Origin: a candidate division FCPU426 bacterium | GTDB lineage: Bacteria > Oederibacteriota > Muellerivitia > Muellerivitales > Muellerivitaceae | Direction of reading: 5' to 3' | DNA length: 64,000 nt | NCBI GenBank assembly: GCA_963796105.1 | Contig: CAWCKJ010000003.1 | Location: 704,001-768,000, forward strand | Part shown: one piece after another, positions 1-10,138 of the stretch | Layout of the letters: the number at the start of each line of letters is the position of its first letter | Numbering within the stretch: position 1 is the stretch's first letter | Program-made: the position numbers and the translations under genes | Notes under the pieces: generated by a model | Databases searched by the model: none | The model's input: the letters and a program-made list of their open reading frames with translations, nothing else | Told to the model about the DNA's origin: nothing

Positions 1-1174
1 CCTTGGGATTAGAGTTGTATTTCTTTAGACGCGGTAATAGCCACAGCCAGTTCCAAAAATCATGTTTATGATTCAACCAATAAGCCATTCCGTAGCCAAC
101 CATGATCAAGAAAAAATTAGGCAGCCACATGGCCATAAAAGGGGAAATGATACCCATGGGGCCTCCCGTATCACCATAAATAATGAAACAGTCGTATAGC
201 GCCGCAAGCAAAACCGCCAAAACAGGCCCCAGAAATGATCCTGCCCGAGTCATGAGTCCCAATGGGATACCGATAAACGCAAATGCCAAGGTTGAAAAAG
301 GGAGGGAAAATTTCTTGTGGAATTCTGTTTCATCATACCGGGTGTCTTGTTTGTCCTTTTTTTCCTGTTTTATTTTGGCGGCTAATTCCTCCAAGGAAAT
401 ATTCCTGGAATTGCTCAAATCCAAGGGTCCGGGATTCCCTTTTTTCGAATTCAAATCCAAGGAACAGCTGTCAAAATCGACTTGAAACAAATTATTCATA
501 GTCTGATCCCGTTTCGTGCCCAACTGTTGCATAATTCCGTTCTGGAGTTCCAAAATGACATGATAATTTTGAGGATCTTGTTTGAGTATCCCTTGTTTTC
601 CAAGGATCAAACGATAGGGATATCCTTTTTCATCCATCATCTCGACGATAACGTTTTTCAAAACATCCCGAGCCGAATCTTTTTGATCTACAAATAAAAG
701 ATAGCCCTCGAAATCCTTAATAAATACTCTTTCACGAACTAAAATCGCTGATCTTTCGGTAAAAACTTTATATTGAAGTTTAACAAAGGAAATATTTCCC
801 CAAGGCAAAACCGTATCCATAAAAACCACCATGAAAAAACTCATGAGAAGAGATAAAACAATAATAGGCCACGTCACAATCCAGAGTGAAAAACCGCAAG
901 ATTGGATAGCTAATGATTCGCGATCCGCGCTTAATCGGCCGTAAACAACCAATAAAGCTGTTAAAAAACCGATCGGGATGACCAGGACCAAAAAACTGGG
1001 TTGAATGTAGAGCAGAAGTAAAAAAGAATTAAGTATTCCCACATGATAAACCAACAGATAACTCAAAAACTCCCTTAAATAATAAAGCAAATTAAATGTA
1101 AAGAGGAAACAACCAGACGCGAGAAAAAAAGGCGGGGCGATGGAGCTTAAACAGTATCGCAATAATATAGGCAC
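1..1174 (-). CDS. lptF: LptF/LptG family LPS export ABC transporter permease (3' end runs off window)
   Basis: Translated both ends by hand from GTG 1174: IPIGFLTALLVVYGRLSADRE...CGFS and EFHKKFSLPFSTLAFAFIGIPLG...AMWLPN are LptF/G motifs in one frame. Absent from the ORF track because there is no stop in the window. Confidence 0.85.
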   Translation of the reverse strand, partial: MPILLRYCLSSIAPPFFLASGCFLFTFNLLYYLREFLSYLLVYHVGILNSFLLLLYIQPSFLVLVIPIGFLTALLVVYGRLSADRESLAIQSCGFSLWIVTWPIIVLSLLMSFFMVVFMDTVLPWGNISFVKLQYKVFTERSAILVRERVFIKDFEGYLLFVDQKDSARDVLKNVIVEMMDEKGYPYRLILGKQGILKQDPQNYHVILELQNGIMQQLGTKRDQTMNNLFQVDFDSCSLDLNSKKGNPGPLDLSNSRNISLEELAAKIKQEKKDKQDTRYDETEFHKKFSLPFSTLAFAFIGIPLGLMTRAGSFLGPVLAVLLAALYDCFIIYGDTGGPMGIISPFMAMWLPNFFLIMVGYGMAYWLNHKHDFWNWLWLLPRLKKYNSNPK

Positions 1175-1317
1175 AGAACCTATCCTTTGGGTTTTTGGGA
1201 AAACCTGGGGGAAATGCTACCAAAGCAATAATCCTCCAAGACAACAGTTCTATTATAGCTTAACCCGTTTCTAGATTCGGATTAGCCTTCCCGATCAAAA
1301 TAAACAAAAAGGTTTGG

Positions 1318-1520
1318 GAAATTCAAGGGACGACCCTCCGGGCCGCCACTTGGGCGGGGCATGCGCCGATTCACCATTATGATAATCAGTGCTATACCGC
1401 CCTCTATAAAAATTTTATGGAAGGGTCAGCATGGAATCCCGCCCACCCATTGGCTGTGGCCAAGGGCAGTTAAATTCACGAGTACACGGCTAGGCCCCAG
1501 GCAAGCCCGTGACCTTGGAA
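1318..1520. ncRNA. candidate structured RNA, family unassigned
   Basis: GC-rich island in AT-rich intergenic DNA with nested pairings (CCCT/AGGG, GGCC/GGCC, GGGCGGG/CCCGCCC, CATGC/GCATG) enclosing two inner hairpins. Confidence 0.35.
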
Positions 1521-1563
1521 GCCGGTAAAGTTTTTGAAAGTGTAACTTAATTTTCTAATTAAG

Positions 1564-2952
1564 TTATTTGTTTCCTGTGGGCGGAAGAGCTGGTAAATCC
1601 AGATCAGAAGTTCCAGCAGCAGGCAGGGGTGCGGTTCCGTTATTTGAAGCGGCAGGAGAATTCAAATCCTCCAATGGGGGAATTCCTTGGTTTGAAGTGG
1701 AGTTCAACGGAGGCAATAACGGAGCATTGCTGTCCGGAGGCATCATGGAATTATTGTCATTTGAAATCGGGGGCACAGGCAACGAAGGATTTGATGAAGG
1801 TGCTTGATTATTGGAATTAGGTAAATCCGGCAGGGCTAAAGAGGCTGAATTAGAAGTCAGGTTGGATCCAGTACTTGGAAGCAGCGGTACCATGCTTTCA
1901 TTTCCTGCGGGTGCCGGTTGCCCACTGGGTAAAGGCGGTAAATCAAGAGCATTTCCGGTCGTGGAGGATGGGTTATTAGGCTCGGGAAGTGGTGGAACTC
2001 CAATACCGCTATCATTCACCGTAGGTGGCAAAGCCGGAATTTCATTAAGTGCAGGAGGTAAAGTGGGGGCCTGTTGTGTTCCCGAATTATTCAAATCGGG
2101 CAAAGCGGGTGGCTCTTGGTTGTTTTCGTTTGGTGGATTCAAAGAAGGAAATTCATTATTTCCAGAAGTAGCCGGACCAACGGGTTGCAATGTGGAAACA
2201 TTATCCATCGGGAGAGGGGGTAATCCACCAGCATTAGAACCATTCTCCATGGGATTTTGGTTAATTGTTGGGTTAGTCCCGTTATCTGGTAAAAGCGGCA
2301 GTTCACCCGGGGAAAGGGTAGAGCTCATTCCAGGAAGGGGAGGTAAGTTGTTGTTAGTTGAAAGGGGTGTTGTATTACCAGGTAAGGGAGGCATAGTAGA
2401 AGGATTTGTTTTTACGCCCTGAGTCGTTGAACCAATAACAGGAGGAGCAGGCTTCTTCTTAGCCCCAACGTTTTTATGAAACCGTCCCATATCAGGTTCT
2501 ACGGAAAGATTTGCCGGCAGAATCCTTTTAATTTCCTCAGTGATTTTTTCCGCCACCAAATTATCCGACGGGTCAACTGTCAACTCTATAAACTCAAAAG
2601 TGGATGTGTAACGCTGAACTTCACTCACTTTAATAAATCCAACCGGATCACCTTTAGGAGTGAACAAGGCAAAAACATCTCCCTTCACAACTCCGGCCAA
2701 GCTGCCTTTATCAATATAATTTCCGCTGTATTGTTTTCCCGGGGTTCCTCTTAATGCGATCACTTGAGCGCCAAGAAAGGGATGATTAAAATGGTGAATG
2801 AAAAGATTTCGTAATGCTACTTTCGTTTTCACGGAATAGGGTAAATCGGTCCCCGTGGATGCCCCAAGCCCGTAAAGCGCATTTGAAACCGCTGGAATTA
2901 AACTTAGGGCGGATAGCAAAAACAAAAACGAAGAAAGCGGGCGGAATTTCAT
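1564..2952 (-). CDS. secreted hypothetical protein, N-terminal globular domain plus long Pro-rich LPPLP-repeat tail
   Basis: ATG 2952 with GAGG RBS gives signal peptide MKFRPLSSFLFLLSALSLIPAVSNA; C-terminal ~290 aa is low complexity. Confidence 0.75.
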   Translation of the reverse strand: MKFRPLSSFLFLLSALSLIPAVSNALYGLGASTGTDLPYSVKTKVALRNLFIHHFNHPFLGAQVIALRGTPGKQYSGNYIDKGSLAGVVKGDVFALFTPKGDPVGFIKVSEVQRYTSTFEFIELTVDPSDNLVAEKITEEIKRILPANLSVEPDMGRFHKNVGAKKKPAPPVIGSTTQGVKTNPSTMPPLPGNTTPLSTNNNLPPLPGMSSTLSPGELPLLPDNGTNPTINQNPMENGSNAGGLPPLPMDNVSTLQPVGPATSGNNEFPSLNPPNENNQEPPALPDLNNSGTQQAPTLPPALNEIPALPPTVNDSGIGVPPLPEPNNPSSTTGNALDLPPLPSGQPAPAGNESMVPLLPSTGSNLTSNSASLALPDLPNSNNQAPSSNPSLPVPPISNDNNSMMPPDSNAPLLPPLNSTSNQGIPPLEDLNSPAASNNGTAPLPAAGTSDLDLPALPPTGNK

Positions 2953-3007
2953 GAAAACCTCGGAAAAGGTAAGTTTATAATCTAAACACAGCACGCTTAT
3001 AATAATC

Positions 3008-3052
3008 AAAAAACAAAAAAAGAGGGGATTTTTTTGTAAAAAATCCCCTCTT
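3008..3052 (-). terminator. intrinsic terminator
   Basis: AAGAGGGGATTTTTT/AAAAAATCCCCTCTT hairpin followed by a U-tract on the minus strand, just after the 3076 stop. Confidence 0.75.
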
Positions 3053-3075
3053 CAAATCAGATTGATTTATAAAAC

Positions 3076-4050
3076 TTAAAGGCGGGTAATGAGCGAAAGA
3101 TAATGGATTCCACCGATGGAATTGCTAACAAATGCGTAATCCACCTCGAATAAGTATGCCCAAATGCCAACCCCTGCAGAAGGAGTAAAGGAATCATTAT
3201 CAAATTGCAATCCCTTTGTTTCAAATCCGCCCCGAATGGCCACAAATTGACGGTACCAATATTCCACGCCAAAATGATAATTATTAAGAGCTTCACCGGC
3301 ATAAAGTGTATCCGCATCCAAATTAACGGTTAAAGTACTCATGGGGACCTGGGTATTGTTTGATTGCTGGCGTTTTCCCAATTCTTGGCAATAAGAAAGC
3401 CCCAGCGTTAAAGATGGTTGTAATACCTGAGTGGGATGAGTATTTGTGTTCTGCCATGTAATATAAGAACCGCCCGTGATGTCCCGGCCAACCAAAGCGA
3501 TCGTAAATTCCTTGACGGGTTTAAACATAACACCTAAGTCGGAACCAATACCAAATGCTGATGCAGTATATGCATCGGTCTTTAAAAATTTAATTGTCCC
3601 TCCAAGGGTAAACTGTTTTCCAATTTTCCAGCCTCCCGATAAGAAACCGAATTGATCAACATAGGAAGTGGAACCCGTAATTTGTCCTTGTTGGTTAGTA
3701 ATATCAATATTATCCACTCCCAGTCTTCCATAACTTAAGGCATAAGACCCAGCCGATTGCGTTTTAAAAGCTAAATTGACAAAGTCGTATGTTTGAAGAT
3801 CATTTTGGGGAGAATGCATGGTAGTTATTTCTATATCGTCAATCAACGCTAAGCCAGCCGGATTCCAATAAGCCGCTGTTGCGTCATTAGCATCAGCTGC
3901 GAAAGCCCCTCCCATCGCTAATGGTCTTGCCCCGGCCCCTTTTGTCAAAACCTCCGCAGCGTAATATGTTGTATCGGCATAGACCGCGAAGGGAATTGAA
4001 ACCACCAAAAAAGATAAAATCAATACCGTATTCATTTTTTTTGGAATCAC
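3076..4050 (-). CDS. PorV/PorQ (UPF0164)-family outer membrane beta-barrel
   Basis: Signature GAGARPLAMGGAFAADANDATAAYWNPAGLA, signal peptide, terminal beta strands (VDYAF...HYLSLITRL). GTG 4050 has an AGGAG RBS; ATG 4035 is an alternative start. Confidence 0.85.
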   Translation of the reverse strand: MIPKKMNTVLILSFLVVSIPFAVYADTTYYAAEVLTKGAGARPLAMGGAFAADANDATAAYWNPAGLALIDDIEITTMHSPQNDLQTYDFVNLAFKTQSAGSYALSYGRLGVDNIDITNQQGQITGSTSYVDQFGFLSGGWKIGKQFTLGGTIKFLKTDAYTASAFGIGSDLGVMFKPVKEFTIALVGRDITGGSYITWQNTNTHPTQVLQPSLTLGLSYCQELGKRQQSNNTQVPMSTLTVNLDADTLYAGEALNNYHFGVEYWYRQFVAIRGGFETKGLQFDNDSFTPSAGVGIWAYLFEVDYAFVSNSIGGIHYLSLITRL

Positions 4051-4590
4051 AGCTATTCTCCTCTCACTTATACAAATTATTTGGGCATCGCTGTTCAAAA
4101 GTTTAACAACCAAATTTTGAAAATTCAACTTTAATAGACTTCAACAGTCTTTTAAATTCCGGAATTTTCACCGATGCCATTTTAAATTTTCCGAAAAAAC
4201 AAACGGTTCGGAAAACCCGTTCAATTTCATTTTAGGCGCGACTTGGATGTGGCATCTTGTTTTCGGCCAAAGCGTCCATTTCAATCACCAATTTGCCTAT
4301 TTTAACCACCAAACAACCAGTCAACTTGAAGGGATTATTAAGCAATTCACCGCCCTTTTGGGTTCTAACCGTCACGCTTATCATAGGCCGTATTTCTGCT
4401 GAATATTCCCGTGAAAATTTCCTGGCTATAAATACGCAGTTCTAACTACAACAGACGTGCGTTTGAATATTTTTTATAAAAGCAAGGACAACTTAGGGTT
4501 TCTTTTAATTCCCCTCAATGTTCCGCCTAGAAAAATTATTTTGATAATCAGCATTCAGGTCTATTCGGGGGATTATTAATGGTCGTTTTA

Positions 4591-4620
4591 TTGACAAAAG
4601 CTTAATTCGATAGGTATAGT
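4591..4620 (+). promoter_or_regulatory. sigma70-type promoter
   Basis: TTGACA-N18-TATAGT about 105 nt upstream of the 4727 start. Confidence 0.6.
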
Positions 4621-4726
4621 TACCCTCGTGTTTTAATGGTTTTCCCTGTATTAGGGTGTCAAAACTTCACAAATAAAATAAATTCTAACTTGATTAGGGT
4701 TTATTCTCCAAATAAAGGAGCCTTGA

Positions 4727-7120
4727 ATGCCCGAAACTAAAATATGCAGTAAATGCGGCGCTAAAAATCCCGCCTCGAATAATTTTTGCGAACAATGTGG
4801 GACTAAGATCTCAAATCAAAGCGATATGTCGGCAGTTCAGGAAAAAAACCAAAAATCCAGTTCAACGTCCTCCAAATCAATCAAAAATACAATTCCTTTC
4901 GAAACCAAAACCGAAGAAAAAGTTTCCGCGATAAATCCATCAGGATCGGGTTTTTCTTTTTCCTGGCCGCAAATTATCTATGCTCTCCTGCTTTTAATTA
5001 CAGTATTCACCCGGTTTGATCATTTGGGTTTAAAGCCCCACCATCACGATGAAAGCATGCACGCTTTTTATTCATATCAATTGTTCAAGGACGGGGATTA
5101 CGAATACAACCCGATGATGCATGGTCCTTTTCAATTCCACGGCAACGCGTTCATGTATTATCTTTTCGGGGTATCGGACGCCACTTCCCGATATTTAGCG
5201 GCCACTTTTGGTTTGTTAACAGTTATTCTCGCCATCTTTCTCGGACCATTCCTTGGCCGGGCAGGAACACTCATCGCGACGGCTATGATCGTATTTTCCC
5301 CCAGCTTCATGTACTTCGATCGCTTCACTCGCGAGGATGCTTATATTGCCGGCGGGACCTTCGCGATGATTGTTTTCCTTTTCCGGTTTTACCGCTCCCG
5401 TAAACCACTGGATCTTTGGTTGGCTTCTCTGGGATTTATTGTTGCATTCAGCACAAAAGAATCCATGTTTATTACCATCGCCGTTATCGGTACATACCTT
5501 TTCATCCGTTTACTGCCCTGGATAGATGTATTAATAGCGGGAGGAATAACCGCGTTAGGCGTTTTATCCCAAATCGTGATATTAAAAGTTGATTCCCAAA
5601 TGCCCCAGCAACAGCGCTTGCTGTTCTTGCTTTTTCCGGCGTTGCTCGCCTTCGGATTCACCCTTTATCAGCTTTTTTCGCGCTGGAAAACAAATCAAAA
5701 ACAAACCCCCGAAAGCAAGCTTTGGGCTGTCATTAAGGGCCTTGAAATTGAAAAAATAAAATTTGACTTATTGTATCTTGGGGCTTGGTGGTTTTTATGC
5801 CTCATCATGCTAAAAACCTCATTCCTTCATCTAAACCAGCCAACTATCTTTTCGCTGATCATGCTAATCGCTTATTTCGCGGTTTTGTTCCGCTTTTGTT
5901 GGCTTTGGATGAAAAATGTTTCTCCTGCCCTGACGGGATCCATTTCTCTAGTCAGCATTGTTTTCACTCTTCTGTTTACGACCTTTTTCACGGTCGGCGC
6001 CAACGAGCCCGATTTTTTAAGCCGGATTCACCACATTTTATCGGATCTCTATCAAGGCGCCTTTGGGGGTCTGGAATATTGGTGGGGGCAACATGATGTC
6101 CATCGGGGTGATCAGCCTCCTTATTATTATTTGGTACAACTACCGGCGAACGAGACGGTTTCCTTCCTTTTCTCAATGGTCGCGTTGATTTATTACGGTA
6201 TATTTAAAAACAAGAACATGCCTCTCTTTTTAGGCTATTGGTATGTGGGTTCCCTGGGGCTCTTTTCCTGGGCCGGTGAAAAAATGCCTTGGTTGATCCT
6301 CCACCCCTTGCTTCCCTCCCTTTTGTTGACTGCTTACTTCGTGGGACAAATTTGGGAATCAAAACCGCTGACTCAGGCTTGGCGCGCGGCTCGCTCCACC
6401 GCGCTTCTCATTTTCGCCTTGTTGCTTTCATATTCCTTGCATTCCGCCATACTTTTAAGCTTTTACCATGAATGCAACCCTGTGGAGCCCTTGGTTTATG
6501 TTCAATCGGGCCCCGATTGCAAGGAAGTGGAGAGAATCATCAGGGAAATATCTTATGGAGAAACCGGGGGCCCGGACCTGTCTTTGACGATTGAGGACAA
6601 GTGTTCATGGCCTTTCGCTTGGCAATTGAGGGATTTCTCAAAACGCAACCATCCTTCCACAATCACCATGGCGGACAATCCCATCGTCCTGACCGGCACC
6701 GAGTCTGACGCACAAGCCTACCCCATCTTGAGCCAAGCTGGATATGTAAACCGCAAATACAAGCTCCGGGTATGGTGGGTGCCGTCTTGGTTTAAAAAAG
6801 GATTCCCAGGCACCGAGATGAATTTCGGCCTCTTCAGGGAGTGGTTATTCAGCAATTTCATCCCACTGCCCTGGTACAGCCCCCGTCCAGACATGGTGGA
6901 TTGGAGCGACCTGAAAAAATGGATCCTTTACAGGGAAGTTTGGTCGGATATGGGTAGCTATAACATGAGAATGTGGGTGAAGCAGGATCTGGCTCAAAAG
7001 TACGGTTTCACCGAGACCAACAGGTCCGATATCCCGGCTGATTATCCAAAAGTCGAACTAACTCCCGTTCCGACACCCGCTGGGCCCGCCATGATTCAAC
7101 ACCACAAGCATGGCAAATAA
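4727..7120 (+). CDS. TIGR03663/Agl23-like GT-C (PMT-like) membrane glycosyltransferase with N-terminal zinc ribbon
   Basis: CSKC...FCEQCG ribbon, HHDESMHA and HGPFQFH motifs, many TM helices, AAGGAG RBS. Confidence 0.8.
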   Translation: MPETKICSKCGAKNPASNNFCEQCGTKISNQSDMSAVQEKNQKSSSTSSKSIKNTIPFETKTEEKVSAINPSGSGFSFSWPQIIYALLLLITVFTRFDHLGLKPHHHDESMHAFYSYQLFKDGDYEYNPMMHGPFQFHGNAFMYYLFGVSDATSRYLAATFGLLTVILAIFLGPFLGRAGTLIATAMIVFSPSFMYFDRFTREDAYIAGGTFAMIVFLFRFYRSRKPLDLWLASLGFIVAFSTKESMFITIAVIGTYLFIRLLPWIDVLIAGGITALGVLSQIVILKVDSQMPQQQRLLFLLFPALLAFGFTLYQLFSRWKTNQKQTPESKLWAVIKGLEIEKIKFDLLYLGAWWFLCLIMLKTSFLHLNQPTIFSLIMLIAYFAVLFRFCWLWMKNVSPALTGSISLVSIVFTLLFTTFFTVGANEPDFLSRIHHILSDLYQGAFGGLEYWWGQHDVHRGDQPPYYYLVQLPANETVSFLFSMVALIYYGIFKNKNMPLFLGYWYVGSLGLFSWAGEKMPWLILHPLLPSLLLTAYFVGQIWESKPLTQAWRAARSTALLIFALLLSYSLHSAILLSFYHECNPVEPLVYVQSGPDCKEVERIIREISYGETGGPDLSLTIEDKCSWPFAWQLRDFSKRNHPSTITMADNPIVLTGTESDAQAYPILSQAGYVNRKYKLRVWWVPSWFKKGFPGTEMNFGLFREWLFSNFIPLPWYSPRPDMVDWSDLKKWILYREVWSDMGSYNMRMWVKQDLAQKYGFTETNRSDIPADYPKVELTPVPTPAGPAMIQHHKHGK

Positions 7121-7140
7121 AGTCGGGCTTTTACGCTGGT

Positions 7141-7179
7141 AAAAAAAGGGTTGGCCCTTTTCGCGGCCAACCCTTTTTT
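7141..7179. terminator. bidirectional intrinsic terminator
   Basis: A7-GGGTTGGCC...GGCCAACCC-T6 between convergent genes. Confidence 0.8.
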
Positions 7180-8704
7180 ATTTTTTAGCAGGTCTATCAA
7201 GATAGGCTGTTGTCCGATTTTCAGGGACCAGCAACTTGCCAACCACCTCTTGAATATCCTTTGGAGTCAGGGAGCGGACCATCTCGATGTACTTCAGCAA
7301 ATAACGCCAATCCCCGTGCACCGCTTGATTATAAGCGAGATCCTGAGCCAACCCCGAAGTGGAAGTCTTTCCCCATAGGAACGCGGATTCCGCTTCCCTC
7401 CGCGCCCTTTCCATTTCGTCTCTCGTGACACCGTTCTTCTTGATATCCGTCAACTCCTTCTCAATTTCTTCGATGACGAGTTTCATTTCAACCTTGGAAG
7501 CAGGCGCGAATTGGATCAGGAATAAATTCGGATTCCGGTCTCCCGGGAAACCTGTCGAGGCTGAAATGGATGAAACTATTTTATTCCCGAAAATCATGTC
7601 TTTAACGAGCCTGGAACTGTTCCCCATTGTCAGGATGGTGGAAAGGACATCCAAGGAAACCGATTCCAGGTGCGGAAAATTCGGGCAATGCCACGCCAGC
7701 ATCGCCATAGGATCAGCGTCATACTCCACATGGACGGTCTTCTGTCCCGATTGCGGCGGTTCTTGGGTCCAATCCGGCTGAAGGGCTGGTATCGAGGGGT
7801 TCGGGACACTCCCCACGGTTTTTTCGAGCAATTCAAGGATATCCTCATGCCGGACCCCGCCGACGATGGCCAGAACACCGCGATCCGGGCGGTAAGTCCG
7901 TTTATAAAATTCCTCCGCGTCGGGCCGCAAGAGTTTTTGAATATCCGCCATCCAGCCAATGGTCGGGTCCTTATAGGGACTGGCGGAAAAAGCGGTGGAC
8001 TCCAAGGCCTCGTACAATTTACCCTCTGGATTGGATTCGGTTCTCCATCGCCGTTCCTGGGCGACGACATCCCTCTCGGAATAAAACTCGCGAAAGACAG
8101 GGTGGCTGAGACGGTCCTTTTCGATTTTCGCGTACAGTTCGACGCGGTTGACGGGCAGGGTGATGGTATAGTTGGTGACATCCTGGCTTGTCCAAGCGTT
8201 CAGGCTTTGGCCGCCATAACGGGTATAAATCGCGTCCAGTTCATCCTTGACGACCCATTTCCTGTGTTCCTCCTGTAGGTTTTTCATTTCCAATGCCAGG
8301 TTTTTCAATCTTTCCAGGGAAGGCTCTATTTTTTCTCTCTCCTCATTCATTTCCCTAGCGACAACATCCATCTTGTCCAAGATGGGTTTTTCCTTCCCGT
8401 AATTACGGGTTCCGATGGTTTCGGTGCCCTTGAACATCATGTGTTCCAGCATATGGGGCAAACCCGTCTTGCCTTTGGGAGCGTCTTGGGCCCCGACCGG
8501 CTGCATATAGGAAAATGAAACAACCGGGACGCCCGGTTTCTCAACAATGAGAACACGCAGTTTATTGGGGAGAACTTTCTCAAAAACCGGCAAGGTGAGG
8601 TCATCCCCCGCTTTATTTTCCTCGGCCCAAAGAGCAAGAGGTTTATAAACCGATGAAGTGGTAATCGCCGTAAGAACGATCAGAATTTTTTTCAAGCTGT
8701 TCAT
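7178..8704 (-). CDS. M16 (pitrilysin) family zinc peptidase, exported
   Basis: GLPHMLEHMMFKGT (HxxEH), NAWTSQD, N-terminal signal peptide. Confidence 0.9.
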   Translation of the reverse strand: MNSLKKILIVLTAITTSSVYKPLALWAEENKAGDDLTLPVFEKVLPNKLRVLIVEKPGVPVVSFSYMQPVGAQDAPKGKTGLPHMLEHMMFKGTETIGTRNYGKEKPILDKMDVVAREMNEEREKIEPSLERLKNLALEMKNLQEEHRKWVVKDELDAIYTRYGGQSLNAWTSQDVTNYTITLPVNRVELYAKIEKDRLSHPVFREFYSERDVVAQERRWRTESNPEGKLYEALESTAFSASPYKDPTIGWMADIQKLLRPDAEEFYKRTYRPDRGVLAIVGGVRHEDILELLEKTVGSVPNPSIPALQPDWTQEPPQSGQKTVHVEYDADPMAMLAWHCPNFPHLESVSLDVLSTILTMGNSSRLVKDMIFGNKIVSSISASTGFPGDRNPNLFLIQFAPASKVEMKLVIEEIEKELTDIKKNGVTRDEMERARREAESAFLWGKTSTSGLAQDLAYNQAVHGDWRYLLKYIEMVRSLTPKDIQEVVGKLLVPENRTTAYLDRPAKK

Positions 8705-8803
8705 TCAAAAGTCTCCTTGCGAGAAAATCAATCGGGATTATAAGCTCAACTGGAATGAATCGGCTAAAATTCACCCCGTATCAACTGGCGAATTATTCGT
8801 TCT

Positions 8804-9931
8804 TCAACCTCCAAGACTTACCCCTAACAGCTTCCCCAAGCCGAAGGTGACCCCTGCCGCAAGCAGTCCCAGGATGAGTTGCCTGGTGCCGGCGAACCAG
8901 ACAGGTTTTCCAGTAAACAGCGTCCCTAAAGCCCCAAAGCCGAAAAGTCCCAGGGAACCCAATCCTATGCTGGCCAACACGGCGGATCTCCCTTCCACAA
9001 GGATAAATGGAAATACTGGTATCAATGCCCCCAGCGCGAATAAAAGGAAGGAATAAAAAGCCGCCTTCGCAGGCGATCCCCCTTTTTCATGCACATCAAT
9101 CCCCAATTCTTCCTTGACCAGGGTCTCGACAGCCCGGCTTTTATCCGAGAGCATGTGATTAGCGAGTTCCAGGGCTTGTTGGGGGGACATGCCTTTCGAC
9201 TCATAGATCAACTGCAGTTCTTCCATCTCGCCTTCGGGATTTGCCTGGTATTCCTCCTCCTCAATTTTAATTTCTCTCTCAGCCAACTCCCTGGAACTAG
9301 TGACCGATAGCCATTCGCCCAGTGCCATGGAGCATGCTCCCGCGAGAAGGCCCGCCATGCCGGTGAGCAATAACCAATGGTTGTTGACGGTAGCGCCTGC
9401 CACCCCCATCACCAGGCTCAAATTGGAGCATAAACCGTCATTGGCCCCCATGACGGAGGCCCTTAGGGTATTTCCCTCAACGTTTTTATGGCGTTTTTCG
9501 GGGTTTATGACGGAATTGGCGCCCGAGGATAAGCTTTGGACGCTTAATATCTCCCCCAGGACCAAATCATGGCCATGTTCCTCACCCACCATGGGGGTTC
9601 CCTTTGTTTCAGGCTGGGGGGCATAAAGGTTCCGATCCGCTTTTTCCCCCTCGGCAATGGTGTTTAAGACCATTCGGGGGCCGATCATTCTGGCGACCCA
9701 AGTCAGGAAGACAGCCCGCCAGGATGGTTTTCGGGCCGGGACTTTTCCGCCGGACTTTTGAATTTGGTTTTCCCAAAAATCCCTGTGCTTTTCCTCGACC
9801 CTGGCAAACCTTTTATAAACCTCGGAAATTTTTTTGTCCTTTTCCACCTTCGAGAGCGTGTGATATTGAATCGCGCTGTCCACTTCCCCTTGCCAATTCG
9901 CCAAATAACGTTTGATATCCGAAGAAGCCAT
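8804..9931 (-). CDS. VIT1/CCC1 family transporter with N-terminal ferritin-like domain
   Basis: GANDGL and AGACSMALGEWLSV motifs; N-terminal E...EEKH helix bundle. Confidence 0.9.
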   Translation of the reverse strand: MASSDIKRYLANWQGEVDSAIQYHTLSKVEKDKKISEVYKRFARVEEKHRDFWENQIQKSGGKVPARKPSWRAVFLTWVARMIGPRMVLNTIAEGEKADRNLYAPQPETKGTPMVGEEHGHDLVLGEILSVQSLSSGANSVINPEKRHKNVEGNTLRASVMGANDGLCSNLSLVMGVAGATVNNHWLLLTGMAGLLAGACSMALGEWLSVTSSRELAEREIKIEEEEYQANPEGEMEELQLIYESKGMSPQQALELANHMLSDKSRAVETLVKEELGIDVHEKGGSPAKAAFYSFLLFALGALIPVFPFILVEGRSAVLASIGLGSLGLFGFGALGTLFTGKPVWFAGTRQLILGLLAAGVTFGLGKLLGVSLGG

Positions 9932-10138
9932 TCAAGATACCTCCCAATATTTTCTCACAAGAAAATAAGTTGAGGGATTGTGCATAAACCAGTTGTCATT
10001 GCCAATCCCATTTGATGATGCCGCCGATGAATCTCATAAAACATTATACGAAAATTTTAAAAATTAAGGCGCGGATGGTTATTTAATGAGTGGAATTTAG
10101 GCTGATGCCGAATCTGCGGAGCCCAGATGAATTCTAAC

